A stretch of 64,000 nt of DNA from contig CM075989.1 in assembly GCA_038087875.1 (NCBI GenBank), positions 22,136,001 through 22,200,000 of the forward strand, read 5' to 3'. The position numbers and the translations under genes were made by a program. Numbering within the stretch: position 1 is the first letter of the stretch; the number at the start of each line of letters is the position of its first letter. Source of the stretch: Malacoraja senta. Its lineage: Eukaryota. Under the pieces are notes generated by a model. That model did not search any database. It had not been told where the DNA came from and saw only the letters and a list, made by a program, of their open reading frames with translations. Of this stretch, positions 11,790 to 25,059 are shown one piece after another.

Positions 11790-12412
11790 ATTGAGGTTTG
11801 GGAGCAAGGAGGTCCTACTGCAGTTGTACAGGGCCCTGGTGAGACCGCACCTGGAGTATTGTGTGCAATTTTGGTCTCCTCATTTGAGGAAGGACATTAT
11901 TGCTATTGAGGGAGTGTAGCATAGGTTCACCAGGTTAATTCCCAGAATGGCGGGACTGTCATATGATGGGTCGACTGGGCTTGTATTCACAGGAATTTAG
12001 AAGGATAAGAGGGGATCTTACAGAAAGATATAAAAGTCTTAAAGGATTGGACAGGTGCAGGAAAAATGTTCCGGATGTTGGGGGAGTCCAGAACAAGGGG
12101 TCACAGTTTAAGAATAAGGGGTAGGCCATTTAGGACTGAGATGTGGAAAAACTTCTTCACCCAGAGAGTTGTGAATCTGTGGATTTCTCTGCAGTGGAGA
12201 AGACAGAAGGCAGTGGAGGCCAATTCACTGGATGTTTTCAAGAGAGAGTTAGATTTAGCACTTTGGGCTAACGGAATCAAGGGATATGGGGAGAAAGCAG
12301 AATGGGGTACTGATTTTAGATGATCAGCCATGATCATATTGAATGGTGGTGCTGGCTCGGTGCCAAATGGCCTACTCCTGCACCTATTTTTCTATGTTTC
12401 TATGTTTCTATG
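11790..12412 (+). mobile_element. CR1 LINE 3' fragment, second subfamily
   Basis: [50 protein letters not shown]; (TTCTATGT)n tail. Confidence 0.9.
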
Positions 12413-12552
12413 ATAATTGAACAAGGAAGTAAGTAAAAGTGTAATAAAATAATAAATCAATTAAAATACAAGGAAACGGAGTACTGTTGGTTTATTTATT
12501 AACTAGTTATTGAATATTACTTGAATAGAGCTTGTTGGAAAGCAATGACTAT

Positions 12553-12680
12553 TCTGAAAAAGGGTCCCGACCCGAAACGTCACCCATCCTTTTTCTCCAG
12601 AGATGCTGCCAGATCCGCTGAGTTACTCCAGCACTATGTGTCTATCTTCGGTAACCAGTATCTGCTGTTCCTTTCTACAT
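12553..12680 (+). mobile_element. PLE terminal fragment, hammerhead with G8 mutated
   Basis: ctgaaaaagggtcccgacccgaaacgtcaccc... Confidence 0.8.
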
Positions 12681-12683
12681 GTT

Positions 12684-12994
12684 GCAGCACGGTGGTGTAG
12701 TGGTAGAGTTGCTGCCTTACAACGCCAGAGACCCGGGTTCGGTCCTGACTATGGGTGCTTGTCTATACGGAGTTTGTACGTTTTCCCCTTGACCTGCATG
12801 GGTTTTCTCTGAGATCTTCCGTTTCCTCCCACACTCCAAAGAGATCCAGGTTTGTAGGTTAATTGGCTTGGTGTAAAATGCAAATTGACCCCGGTGTAGG
12901 ATGGTGTTAATGTGTGGGGATCGCTGGTTGGTGCGGACTCGGTGGGCCAAAGGATCTGTTTCCGCACTGGATCTCCAAACTAAACTAAACTAAA
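12684..12994 (+). mobile_element. HE1-type V-SINE, full length
   Basis: tRNA-like head, V-domain, (CTAAA)n tail. Confidence 0.9.
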
Positions 12995-13058
12995 GATTAT
13001 TCTGAATTTAGTGTAAACTCAAAATGCCTTTGTTATATTCTTCATTTCAATGGTAGAT

Positions 13059-13073
13059 CCATCAGATGGCGGC
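13059..13073 (+). promoter_or_regulatory. Possible CTCF-like motif
   Basis: ccatcagatggcggc is one mismatch from CCASYAGRKGGC and lies in unique sequence; motif only. Confidence 0.2.
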
Positions 13074-13842
13074 TTTTTGGGCTGCCTGTTGGAATGTTAA
13101 TGTTTCTCTGCTCGACCAAGACGGGAGGAAATTCAGTTCAATGCCGCACTAAAGCAGCAATAAATCCTATCTCAGTGAAAATCATTAATTTCAAACCTTT
13201 TGATATTGGAGCTGACCTTCTTGTGCATACATCTTTCTCTGTGAGGACCGTGCCAAGCAAAAGCTAGACTTCCTGAAGTGGTGTAATTTTCATATAAACA
13301 TCAAGTATAGTGGATGAAGGGGGAAAGAGAGGAGTCATCAAAGCACAGGATAAGAAATTCTTGTCTTTCTTGCGCGCTGATTTCTAAAATAAACAGACAT
13401 TTGTTTTAATAACTGGACCAAGAAGGTTCAGACTTCACTTTGGGGAATGAAGGACAGTCTCCCATAGATTTGTCTGCACTTTCTCACATTAATTTTATCC
13501 TGTTTCTGATAACAAACTCCCAACAAATTCATTACCACACCCATGCACAATATTTATCATAATGCTGATCTCAGAGAGGTCATAGTCATCAATAATTATC
13601 AAAGAAATCTGAAATTAATTAATGGACAGACATTGCTCGGAAGGAAATCTAAACAGTGTTCTGGAGTTTTACATTTGCAGCCCAAATAAATGCATCTCTG
13701 TGTTTTCTAACTGAATGTCTTCAACCAAACAATGTTCTTGTAGAAGAGATACACCTTGAGATATCTTTGCAGGTCACCTTCTATGGCCCTGTATAGCAAC
13801 AATCTCAAAAGCTGTGAAACAACTTGTCTATCTGCCTGATTT

Positions 13843-13935
13843 GGACACAAAATGCTGGTTTAACTCAGCAGGTCAGGCAAAATCTCTGGAGAAAAGTAAT
13901 ATGTGATGTTTTGGGTCGAGACCCTTCTTCAGGTT
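13843..13935 (-). mobile_element. PLE terminal fragment
   Basis: gacacaaaatgctgg...gtgatgttttgggtcgagacccttcttcag. Confidence 0.8.
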
Positions 13936-14064
13936 AAAATTTGAAATGGCCTTCCAACTCCCAAATTACTTTTCACCTGAACTTCCCCACCAATTTTCTC
14001 CCATTCACTTTCATTCTGCATGCATTGACTCCCACTGGTGTCGTCTCTCTATGTATCTCTTTGC

Positions 14065-15115
14065 GCACTGGCTCTGGAGAGAGTCCAGAGGAGGTTTACA
14101 ACGATGATCCCAGGAAGGAGCGGGTTAACATATGATGAGCGTTTGACGGCATTGGGCCTGCACTCCCTGGAGTTTAGAAGAATGATGGGGGACCTCATTG
14201 AAACTTGCCGAATAGTGAAAGGCCTGGATAGAGTGGATGTGGAGAGGATGTTTTCACTAGTGGGAGAGTCAAGGAATTAAAGGATGTTCCTTTAGGAAGG
14301 AGATGAGGAGGATTTTTTTTTAGAAAGAGGGTGGAGTGTCTGTGGAATTCATTGACACAGAAGGCAGTGGAGGCCAAGAATGGATATTTTTAAGACAGAG
14401 ATAGATAAATTCAGATTCAGATTCAGATTCAGATTCAGATTCAACTTTATTGTCATTGTGCAGTGTACAGTACAGAGACAACGAAATGCAGTTAGCATCT
14501 CCCTAGAAGAGCGACATAAATATGAGCAGTAAATAAATAAATCTAATAAATCCTGGTGGGAGGAGTGTCCGGGGGGGGGGGGGGGGGGGTGTGGTTGGCA
14601 GTCACCGAGGTACAGTGTTGAGTAGTGTAACCGCCGCAGGGAAGAAGCTGTTCCTGGACCTGCTGGTCCGGCAACGGAGAGACCTGTAGCGCCTCCCGGA
14701 TGGTAGGAGGGTAAACAGTCTGTGGTTGGGGTGAGAGCAGTCCTTGGCGATGCTGAGCGCCCTTCGCAGACAACGCTTGCTTTGGACAGACTCAATGGTG
14801 GGGAGTGAGGAACCGGTGATGCGTTGGGCAATTTTCACCACCCTCTGCAGTGCTTTCCGGTCGGAGACAGAGCAGTTGCCATACCATACTGTGATGCAGT
14901 TGGTAAGGATGCTCTCGATGGTGCAGCGGTAGAAGTTCACCAGAATCCGAGGAGACAGATGGACCTTCTTTAGTCTCCTCAGGATTGATTAGTATGGATG
15001 TCAGGCATTATGGGGAGAAGGCAGGAGAATGGCGTTGGCAGGAAGAGATTGATCAGCCATGATTGTATAACGGAGTAGACTTGATGAGCCGAATGGCCTA
15101 ATTCTGCTACTATCA
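14065..15115 (+). mobile_element. CR1 LINE 3' fragment split by a Rex1 insertion (14409-14984)
   Basis: ALERVQRRFTTMIPG..LTYDERLTALGLHSLEFRRMMGDLIE; CR1 sequence resumes after 14984 and ends at gccgaatggcctaattctgct. Confidence 0.85.
14409..14984 (-). mobile_element. Rex1/Babar LINE 3' fragment (young), ORF C-terminus 14602-14940
   Basis: NFYRCTIESILTNCITVWYGNCS..DRKALQRVVKIAQRITG...HPNHRLFTLLPSGRRYRS...RNSFFP is the typical Rex1 RT C-terminus; (GAATCT)n tail. Confidence 0.9.
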
Positions 15116-15384
15116 CAAACTCATTTACCACATCGTGGCCATCATTCAAGTGGCAGCTTTGAAACCAAATTGCCTGCAGGTGAAGTGGCTGCAGGTGAAG
15201 ACATCCCTAATTCAGGACACTAAGGTCAAACAGAAACCCCCTACTGGCATTATATGGCTCAGCACACAACGCCACTTGCCACTATTCTGTATGGTTCTAT
15301 TACTCTCAGGAAGAACTTAATGACCAATTTGGCAGCTCTCCACACATCACTCCATGTGGCACTGCACCATATCACCGTCTACAG

Positions 15385-15952
15385 ATTCTCCATGCTGCCC
15401 ATTCTGCAGATGCGCCATAGAAAGCATTTTATCGGGATGCATCACAACATGGTTTGGGAACAGCTCCATCCAAGACCACAAGAAACTGCAGAGAATTGTG
15501 GGTCTGGTACCCCAGACCAGCACACAAACCAACATCCTTTCCATTTACACCTAACGCTGCCTGGGCAAGGCCAGCAGCATAATCATGGACGTGTCTCACC
15601 TGGTCACCCTCTTCTCCCCTCTCCCATCAGGTAATTAAATGTGAAAACGCACACCTCCAGATTCAGGTGCAGTTTCTTCCCAGCTGCTATCAGGCAACAG
15701 AACCATCCTACCCAACAACTAAAGAGCAGTCCGGAGCTACTATCTACCTCATATGAGACCCTCAGCCTACCTTTAATTGGACTTTACTGGACTTTATCTT
15801 GCGTTATTCCCTTTATCATGTATCTGCACACTGTGGATGGCTCATTTGTAATCATGTATTGTCTTTCCACTGACTGGTTATCAAGCAACAAAACCTTTTC
15901 CCTGTACCTCGGCACACGTGACAATAAACTAGACTAAACTGAACTAAACTAA
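15385..15952 (+). mobile_element. Rex1/Babar LINE 3' fragment, second subfamily
   Basis: FCRCAIESILSGCITTWFGNSSIQDHKKLQRIV and KTHTSRFRCSFFPAAIR; tail cacgtgacaataaactagactaaact. Confidence 0.85.
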
Positions 15953-18900
15953 TAGCTGTATGAGGCTCACGCATCCTGTAAGTTAATCATGAGGCTTTGT
16001 TTAGAGTTTGGTTCTGCAAGTAAAAGCCAACTTATGTGTATTTTCTTTTACGAAATGCTGAGGCTATAACACGCTGAATAAAATTCATACATCACGTTGT
16101 CACGCCTAAAACATGCATATCAAATGCTGCCAAACCACATGTTGAACTTTTCATATTTTATTAACTAAACCAGCTTTCTTTGAACTTGGTAAAATGAAGT
16201 CATTTTTGAATCACAAGAGACAGATGGATGGTTACTGATGCAAACACGGAGAAGAAAGGGATAGGCTGCCTTGTAATTCCTGCAGCAATAAAGTAAAACT
16301 GATTAAACGCGAAGGTGAAAATTGACAAGTTTTCCACAAGTCCTCGGGCTGTATAGATCAGTTTATGTATGCAAATCTCCACCTCATATATGTTGATTTA
16401 TTCCACTAAACTACAAGATATATTTTCATCTCCGAGCATCTGTTTTAATTCCTTTAATAAAATGGATGGAGCGAACAGTCAGAAATAAACCCACAAATGT
16501 GCAGTTGGGTATGAACGCCCTGCCCCATTCCTGATTCTTTTCTCTGAGTGCTGAGGTGGTGTTGCTGGTTTATCAGGGAGAATATAAACCATGCTTTCTT
16601 AAAGGGAAATGGGATTACTGCCATTGTCTGGCCCACAATGCTGAGAAGAATTAGCAATAGTTGTAGACACTTAGTGAGGCTCCCAGGCAGAAGCTAATCC
16701 CAGATTTCCCACAATAAACATTTGAATATCAACAGTGTTTTGCAACTTCAGTGCAAATGTATAAACTTTCTCCCTTTTGAACTGAAATCCCTTCAAATGG
16801 TCGCACACCTTCTACATGAACAACTTGGCAAATTCCCCCCCCCCCCCCTTTCTTGCCGTTTTATAAACGGTGGAACTTGTCCAATTTTGTGACACATAAA
16901 AAATATAAGTTGCAGATCACACCAAGGAAAGATTTTTGTGTTACTAACTTAGTAGCTGCCGAACTTTTATTCTTCAGGCTTTTTTAAATTTTGGACGGAC
17001 TTTGCTGAATTAGTTCAGGCATATTTCTTTTTCCACGACAGAACGATATAGTGCCACTTCGGGCCTTCAACTCTCTACAAATTGAGACATAACTTTCATG
17101 TCCACTTCTGTGGCTTGGCTAAAGCAATGCCCATTGAATTTGATACAATGATCTGGTGGATAAAGTTATCTGTATCATTGAATGGGATGGTGTCAGTGGG
17201 AGGGAAAAGACTGGGTCTAGAAAGAAAGCTTTTTTCAGAAGTCCTGAGGGTCACAGTCCAGCTGCTCTCTGTGGCAAAAGGACACCATTGCCCTGGACAG
17301 GCGCAAGAAAGAAACTACTGTAAATAGAGAACATGTTGCAGGAGTTTGTCTATGTGGCATCAGTTATGGCAACACAACTTTTTGCTTTTAGAAAGCTGCG
17401 CTACATTATGCTCAAGTGTGGAATAAGACGAACACGAAAATAAGATACCCGACAATTTTCTGAGCAAGGTTAAGAAATAGGACGCCACCAAGTGTCAAAG
17501 GTAGGATAAAAAGAAACAAAGATCAGACTTCTTTACTTGTTAATTTCAAAGCAATAGGCTTTCCTTGTAGTTTGCTACTTAAGAAAATATACTTTTTTTA
17601 AACTGAAGTTGGACATAAACATTTTTCTGAAGTAACTGAGGCATTCTTTAATGCTATAGTTGCCTCGCAGAGCTGTACAGGAGATAAACACAGCACAGAA
17701 CACTCTGCCAGAAGTATCACTGATTCCCTTCAATTGATAACGGCACCTCTACTGATTTGACAGCCATCGGACACACTGAGGGTTTAATATATTTTTTCAT
17801 GTCAGTGCCTGTTTACACAGAGCAGGTCAACAAAAGGACTGCTCCTATCTCACAGAATATGTGATTAATGTTTGAACTGAGCGTGACAATATATTCTTTG
17901 GATGTCAGGCAAATGCTCTTCAAATTGATAGTTAACTTGCCTCAAAATGCCTAAGTATGTTTAAAAATATTTCAAAATGTACGTACATAGAGGGAAATAA
18001 TGTGGTGAAAAAAATATTTGCATGTTTCCAGAAAATGTCCTTCAAACTCTTTTGTGAAGATATATATAAAGCCAACACATCATGTCACATTACTATAATA
18101 TCAAAAGGTCTTTACTTTAGTTATGGTTCTATGAAATTTGTAGGGCGAAAAATCAATACTATTATCATATCCTTCTATGTTATTAAATCTCTTTTTGAAG
18201 TTGAACATTAAGCAAACAAGTTATTTCATGTTACTATCTTATCCAGTGTTTTTGTCTTCGCAATAGTTCTATTAAGATTGGTCTTAATACATTATTTGTT
18301 TTAATAAACTCCTAAATTAATCAGGACTTTGTACAATTGTATACACAGTTGATTCATTTTAAAGTTAGACAAAGAAGCAAACTGCAGCATTTGCCTTTCC
18401 TAATGAAATCTTTTATTTCAATATCCCATTTTCAGTAAGACAGAATGATGTGTCTGGGTAAATGTACAAACAACACTATTTATGCAATTAATTAGCGGTC
18501 AAATAACATAATTTGCTGGAACCGATTCATCGATGAAACTATGAAAATTATTGAAAAAAACTATAAATTTTCAATAAGAAAATTCAACGTCCCACAATGT
18601 TCCTATCTGCTTTGTTGACGTGCAAATCAGAAGTGAAAGGGTGGTATCCTGGTGTGTGAAAAATAGGAACTATTTGATTTCATTCAAGGAAATCCCAATC
18701 TTTAAAATAATTAAATTAAATTGCATTCAGGGATCTGATAATGAGATTTTACTGCTATATAGTGTTTCTTTACCACTAAGATATTTGTAGTTCAAATGAA
18801 GTGTTGTTTATGGTGCTTATGGTGTGTGTGTGTGATCTGCATCAGCCGGAAACCTATATAAATATTATAAACGATCTGTGTATGAAATGCAACATTTCAA

Positions 18901-20132
18901 ATTGTAAGTGTGGCCATTGTCAGATGAAATTGTTTAAATAATTCAAGATAGCATTTTATTTTCAATGATATTTATTCAAAGCAATTCATTTATTTCAAAG
19001 TGAGTTACATTTACAACAGGATTTGAAATATTTAATTTAAACAATTTTCAAGAAGCAAAGCCCATTGTTAAAGCCTGTGCTGCACAAACTAATTCACAGA
19101 GCAATGATAAATCCTGCCTTGCTTTACCATTTTCCTTATACAATATGGAAAAAATATTTCTATTGCTTTTAAGTACCGCAATACGCCTGACTGAAATAGC
19201 TGAAATACAAATCTCTGAATATTTGATCTTGACTTTTATGAGATGAGCTACTAGGACATATAATAAAATGGGATTTTTTCACATAAACATGTTTACTGCC
19301 TTTATTAGACAGTTAATGCAAGATATGCACAATTTGCATTTGGGCAAAAACTGACCATTCAACTCCACCTCATATATTCTTGACGAGTCCATTAAGATAA
19401 TTGTGATTTACATAAATTGCAATGTATTAGCATGAGGTCGCCGAACTAACTTTCAACATGCGTAGAATGTATTTTTTCCTGAGCAAATTTTACTCTGGGC
19501 ATAGAAATATCTGAAAGAAATAATGGCAAAATGAATGCTGAACGGGTTGATAATAAAGAAAACGTTGTGGGGTCCACAGTGATAAATACATCAATGAACT
19601 TCTGGGAAAAAAATCCTTTATAAATTTCCGTGATAATCATCTGTAAATTTAGGTCGTTTTAAGAAAAATGCTAGCTGTCGGTGTTCAAAAATGATTCATG
19701 ATAATTTTGTCAGTTATTCATTGAAATAATTTATTAGATCATTTCAGTTTTTCTTAAGTTTTCTACCTTTTTCTGTGCTTGCTGGTTTGTAAGAGTAAAG
19801 AACAGGTCAAAGCAAGTTATTGTTTATCTTACTTACTGCAATCAAAGTTACTAGCTCAAGAAACGGAGTGATAATTTGCATATATACATTATTGGTAAAT
19901 TTATTTCATTCATTCACATGATGTGTTGGTGATTTTGGCAAACACATCAGTTAGTGGCCATCCATAATTGTGCTTGAGAGGGTGATGAGGCATTGCCTTT
20001 CTGCGGGGTCAGTCCATGTGTTGAAATTATTTCAGCATTGAAGTGGCATGCAGAGTTCCATAATTTTGTCCGATAGCAATGAATCTCGATAGATTTCCAA
20101 GCCAGGGTAGCTTGTCTTTTCGAGTAGACGGG

Positions 20133-20535
20133 TTGAGTTGAGTTAAGGTTATTGTCACGTGTACCGAGGTACAGTGAAAAGCATTTGCTGCGTGCTAACT
20201 AGTCAGCAGAAAGACAATACGTGATTACAATCGACCATCCACAGTTCAGTTCGGTTCAGTTTCCGTTTAGTTTATTGCCACGTGTACCGAGGTACAGTGA
20301 AAAATAATTTGTTGCATGCTAACCAGTCAGCGGAAAGACAATACATGATTACAGTCGACCATCCACAGTGTAAGTGGTCCACATGATAAAGCAAATGACG
20401 TGAATAATGTTTAGTGCAAGATAAAGCCAGCAATGTCCAATCAAAGATAGTTCAAGGGTTTCCAATGAGGTGGGTAATAGTTCAGGACTGCTCTCGAGTT
20501 GTTGGTAGGATGGTTCACTTGCCTGATAACAGCAA
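20133..20535 (-). mobile_element. Two tandem Rex1 3' UTR fragments
   Basis: ttattg(t/c)cacgtgtaccgaggtacagtgaaaa...gaccatccacagt occurs at ~20150 and ~20272. Confidence 0.8.
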
Positions 20536-20578
20536 TATTATTATTACTGTTGTTATTATTATTGATGTTATTATTGAC

Positions 20579-20622
<44 letters not shown>
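20536..20622. repeat. Imperfect (TAT)n followed by pure (AAT)n microsatellite
   Basis: Direct reading. Confidence 0.95.
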
Positions 20623-20751
20623 GGCCCCTAGATGGTAAAGTTCACAGTCTAGGAGGTGCTGTGAAAGAGTGTTCTTGTTTCATTGTACATTAAAGATGAA
20701 GATACTGCAGCCAAGGAACCCTAGTAATGGAGCTAATATTTGTATAATAAA

Positions 20752-20862
20752 TATAGAAACATAGACAATAGGTGCAGGAGTACCCATTCGGCCCTTTGAG
20801 CCAGCACCGCCATTCAATATGATCATGGCTGATCATCCAAAATCAGTACCCTGTTCTGGCTT
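20752..20862 (-). mobile_element. CR1 3' terminal fragment
   Basis: atagaaacatagacaataggtgcaggagt...ccattcggccc...gatcatggctgatcat. Confidence 0.8.
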
Positions 20863-21057
20863 TTAATATGTTGGATGGAGCGCCATTGAGATGAAGTATT
20901 ACATCCCTTTCTTTTGTCAGTGTCCAATGACTTTCCTGTTGTTAGAAATGTCTTATCCAGCTAAATGAAGAATATTCCATCATGGCCCTAATGCAATGTA
21001 GATGATGCAATAACTTGAGGGAATCAGGGGTGAGCCACTTGGCCAGAAAACCAAACG

Positions 21058-21253
21058 TAGATAGACACAAGAAGCTGGAGTAACTCAGCGAGACAGGCAG
21101 CATCTCTGGAGGGAAGGAATGAGTGACGTTTTGGGTCGAGACCCTTCTTCAGACCTTAGATAGACACAAAAAGCTGGAGTAACTCCGCAGATCAGACAGC
21201 ATCTCTGGAGAGAAGGAATGAGTGACGTTTTGGGTCGAGACCCGTCTTCAGAG
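21058..21253 (-). mobile_element. Two direct tandem PLE terminal units, each with a hammerhead remnant
   Basis: ~99-bp unit tagatagacaca...gagtgacgttttgggtcgagaccc(t/g)tcttcaga repeated twice. Confidence 0.85.
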
Positions 21254-23543
21254 CAGACTTAGACTTTCTCTCTTGCAGCCATATTTTTTATGAATTCAAC
21301 ACTGTTATGCTTCTGGTCAGCGGTGGCCTAGAAGATGTTGAGGTTGAGGTGTCTGGTGATAATGATTCTGTTGAAAGTCGTGGAGATGGTTAGATGCCCT
21401 CTGATTTGAGATAATCTTGGCTTGACACTTATGCAGTGAATTCTGCAACGTTCCAACTTACACGTCACTTACTTTAAAAAAAATGAATTTATGTATACAA
21501 TTTAACATATAAAATGTCTGTTAGTCAGGATAATGGGGATATACCCATGAGCTATAATCATGTTTTTCCTTATTAATTATATCTTGACAAGGAGACATTG
21601 GCTATTTAGCATCCTACACATCCAAGCTCACATTTTAATGATGTGCTAATTTAATAAGGTCCAATTCGTAAGTGTAGATCAGAGTAAAAACATGAAAAAA
21701 TGAAATGAGGAGGTATAAATGAAGATGTAAAATACTGGTACTTTGTGAAAACAAATTAAATGCAAAAAAAAGGCAAGTTTATAAGATTATCTATGCTTCA
21801 TTTGCAACTTTGAAATAATTTCAGAATGTGATGATTTAGTTGCACAGATGAACAAATATTGAATATTGCTAAGCTAATTTTCAATTCTGCTATAATTAGG
21901 CTTCCAATGAACTAATAATAAAATTATACTGTGTGTGGCTTTCATAAAAACTTATAATTATTTTTTTTGTAAATAGAGACACATCATGTTTTGAGTACTG
22001 GCTTCACATTCATGAATTTTAAACAAAAATCTAATTTTTACACCGTCACAAAATGAACTCTAAACAGCCCAACATTTTTTTACTTATTCTCAAGATGATA
22101 GAAGATAAAAATACAAGGGCATTGTTTATCTTTCATGGTTTACATCGATAAACCAATGTATATCAATGTTCATAATCAGTCAGAAACCAGCAATGTGTGG
22201 GTTCTTTCAAAGTAATCCATACATTTTCATGACTGTGATTTTATTCCACATTACTGTTATGCAGTTATGTTTCAGAATAGTTCCCAGTTGGCACAGTTAA
22301 GAATGTTAAGCATCAAAGAGATCTAGGAACAACTTAGCGACTGTGAACTTGGTAGGGAATGATTTTGTTTTATTACATGTGCAAAAGATTCAGATGGTAG
22401 TTAAAATGTAAGCCTCTTTGGAACTGATTAAGAAACATCAGTGAATCTTTGGTGCAGATCAGTGCAGTATTGTTCATTTCCTGGCTGACATAAATGTGTA
22501 GTCAGCTTGTACAGGGAATGCTCTGTGGTGCATGATATAATTCACATGCCATGTCCAAAGAGCAGGTGAATCTTACACGGAAGCCTGCTGCCTTAAATAC
22601 GTTCTCCACAATTTTCCTTCTAAAATTATTGACCTTCTAAGTAGGACCTTTGTTTGATCATAGTTCTCTTCATGTCAAACGAGCCAGGGAAAATCCCAAA
22701 TCATTGAGACGCTATTGAGGTTAGAAATTATGCAATATTTATATGACATTTCACATTGTAAAGGAAAAATAGCCTGAATTAAATATTTCAATTCTTCAAA
22801 AGCCAATCAATTTAATTGAACAGGAATACAATGATTTGCAAAGAAAAGTTCTGATTGAACCATATACCAGCTTTTTTACCAATAACTTAATATCATTGGA
22901 TGTTGATAAATTCAAAAAATCTTTCAAAATTTAAATCACAAACATATTATTGAAATATTATATAATTTGAGCATAAATTCATCGTTTTTTATGTTTGTTG
23001 TGGACAAGAATCCAGTAAATTCTATTCCACATCAGTTAGCTCATGTTTTCCACCAGATTGTATGACCTTCATTGAATGAGAATGAGGAACGCATTTAATT
23101 TCCTGCTTTTCCACACCATACATACAATCTTGCTCAATACTATTGCTAATGCTAAAGCAAAGTAATTGATAACTGAAATGTATGCAATTATATTAAGCTG
23201 AAATCACTATATTTAATAGAGAAATGCAAATTCTGCACTGCTGGTTGGAAGGCAATTGTGAGCACTTTGTTGAATTGTAGTGATAACTGGTATTAACTGG
23301 ACTCGCTGGGAAAGAGTTGAATAAAGTGCTATTGCAAATGGCTTTGTTTTCTAAGGATGAGAGGGGAGGAAAACCTTTGCATTTTCCTTGAACGGGACAA
23401 TAAATAAAATTAAAAATGGGTTTATGACAAATGTTCCCATTTTTCCAAGAAGCAAATCTATTTTGTTAATATGCAGGTGAAATTGAGAATGAGGTGATTT
23501 TTTGTTAATACCCAGAGTGAAATTTAGGCAAGCCATGATATAA

Positions 23544-23630
23544 GTAGGAAGGAACTGCAGATGCTGGTTTATCCCATAGACACAAAATGCTGGAGTAACC
23601 GTTGAGTTACTCCAGCATTTTGGGTCTATA
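23544..23630. mobile_element. Short PLE inverted-repeat remnant
   Basis: atagacacaaaatgctggagtaac / gttactccagcattttgggtctat arms. Confidence 0.8.
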
Positions 23631-25059
23631 AACTATGATATATAATAGTTAATAAAAAATGGTTATGTTCATCAGAAGAAGTTTCATTGGAAGTAATGCA
23701 TTTATTGAATAAGAAAGATCAGTGAAATATAAATATGACCTGCAAAAAATAATATTTTTATTAATATCTGAAAAAGGCAAGGAGATTACACGAGAGAAAA
23801 AAATCACACCGGGAATATTTTTCTGCAAGAAAAATCATATTGGTTAAACACATTATACTACAGCAGTCTGCCCACTTTGGGTTGAGGCCTGTAGCCAGCA
23901 GATAGATGGAGGCTTAAGTTGAACATGATCTGATGAGCATGCTAAGCTGGGTATCTCCCCTCCCTGACAAAATTAAAAGCCTTTGCTGCAATTTTTGTCC
24001 TAATCACATACGTGATGCCATAATTGGTGATTGCCTTTAAGAAAAAAAACCTCTACAGCTGCTGCTTGCAGTTCCATGTCTGTCAGTGAGCAGCAGGGCT
24101 TTCTATTTGATTTTTTTGAAAGGATGTTGGCGTTGGACAGCTGCATTCTGTTCCCTTCAACCCCTGTCACAAACGCTCTGCATAAATGTAAGTGATATGA
24201 TGACTGGACATGGTATCTCTTATAATCATTGGTAATGATTATCTGGTTTTTGTGTAATGCGACACATGTGCAGTGAATGTGGCACTGACAACATCTGGCA
24301 TGGAGTCAGCATTTCGAGGGGTTGGAGTCCTTTGAATATGCATAGAGATTTGTTATTCTGCCTGCTTGCTGCCAGCCTGCATGAGCCACAGTGCAGGCCC
24401 TGTTCACTAAAAGCAAATATAAAATAGGCCCACAAAGCTCCCGTCAAGCTCCTTAAGCATTTTACCCATCATCCCCTGCCTTAATGCCAATTATATCGGT
24501 AATTTTTTTTTTTTGGTTTCAGTTTTCGAAGTAAAATCTTTCAGTGGCCTCTTCACTGCAACAATCTTGCCCTCTGACACTGGGAAAGCTGTTGATATGA
24601 CCACGGCTATCAAGGAGAATTGTGGCTCCTAACTAAGCCACTGTTGTCTCCTGCGCAGGTTACCTGCCTCTCCTTTGGCAGAAGGGAAAGAACATCTGTT
24701 TTTTTTCCCCCCAATTCCGTCATGCAATGATATGCAATGAAGGCTCCTTTAATCTTATTTGCAATGTTTCTATCCACTGGATTGAGTGGACCTCTGACCT
24801 AAAGGTGCTACAGTCGTATAAACCGCAGGTCATATGCAGCAGACTTCACACTGCTACTGGCTAAGCCTTTCTCGATAACCAGGTGGGAATGCTGACAATT
24901 TGGCTAGGGCACAATTCTAAGCAGCTCTGGTTATTTTAAAAAAAAAACCAAAGTTTTACAAAGATAACATCTGTTCCAGCGATATACGCAAGTTTTACAA
25001 GAAAAAGGAGGTAAGAGAAAAAACAAAATGATGAAGCATAAATAGGATCTGTCTGAAGC

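Larger units (their letters stand above)
19950..21450 (-). mobile_element. Very old LINE (CR1-like) remnant pieces interleaved with younger insertions
   Basis: Patchy similarity by eye at ~19950-20130, 20640-20750, 20870-21055 and 21260-21450; no ORF survives. Confidence 0.3.

Noticed and set aside
20414..20693. Poly-Asn and poly-Ile/Leu ORFs
   Set aside because: Arise from the (AAT)n/(TAT)n microsatellite.
21058..21253. CRISPR-like array from recurring repeats
   Set aside because: Eukaryotic retroelement termini with no regular repeat-spacer period and no cas genes.
24503..24660. Possible exon after a strong polypyrimidine-AG acceptor
   Set aside because: All three frames stop within ~35 codons, no good donor, peptide not recognised.
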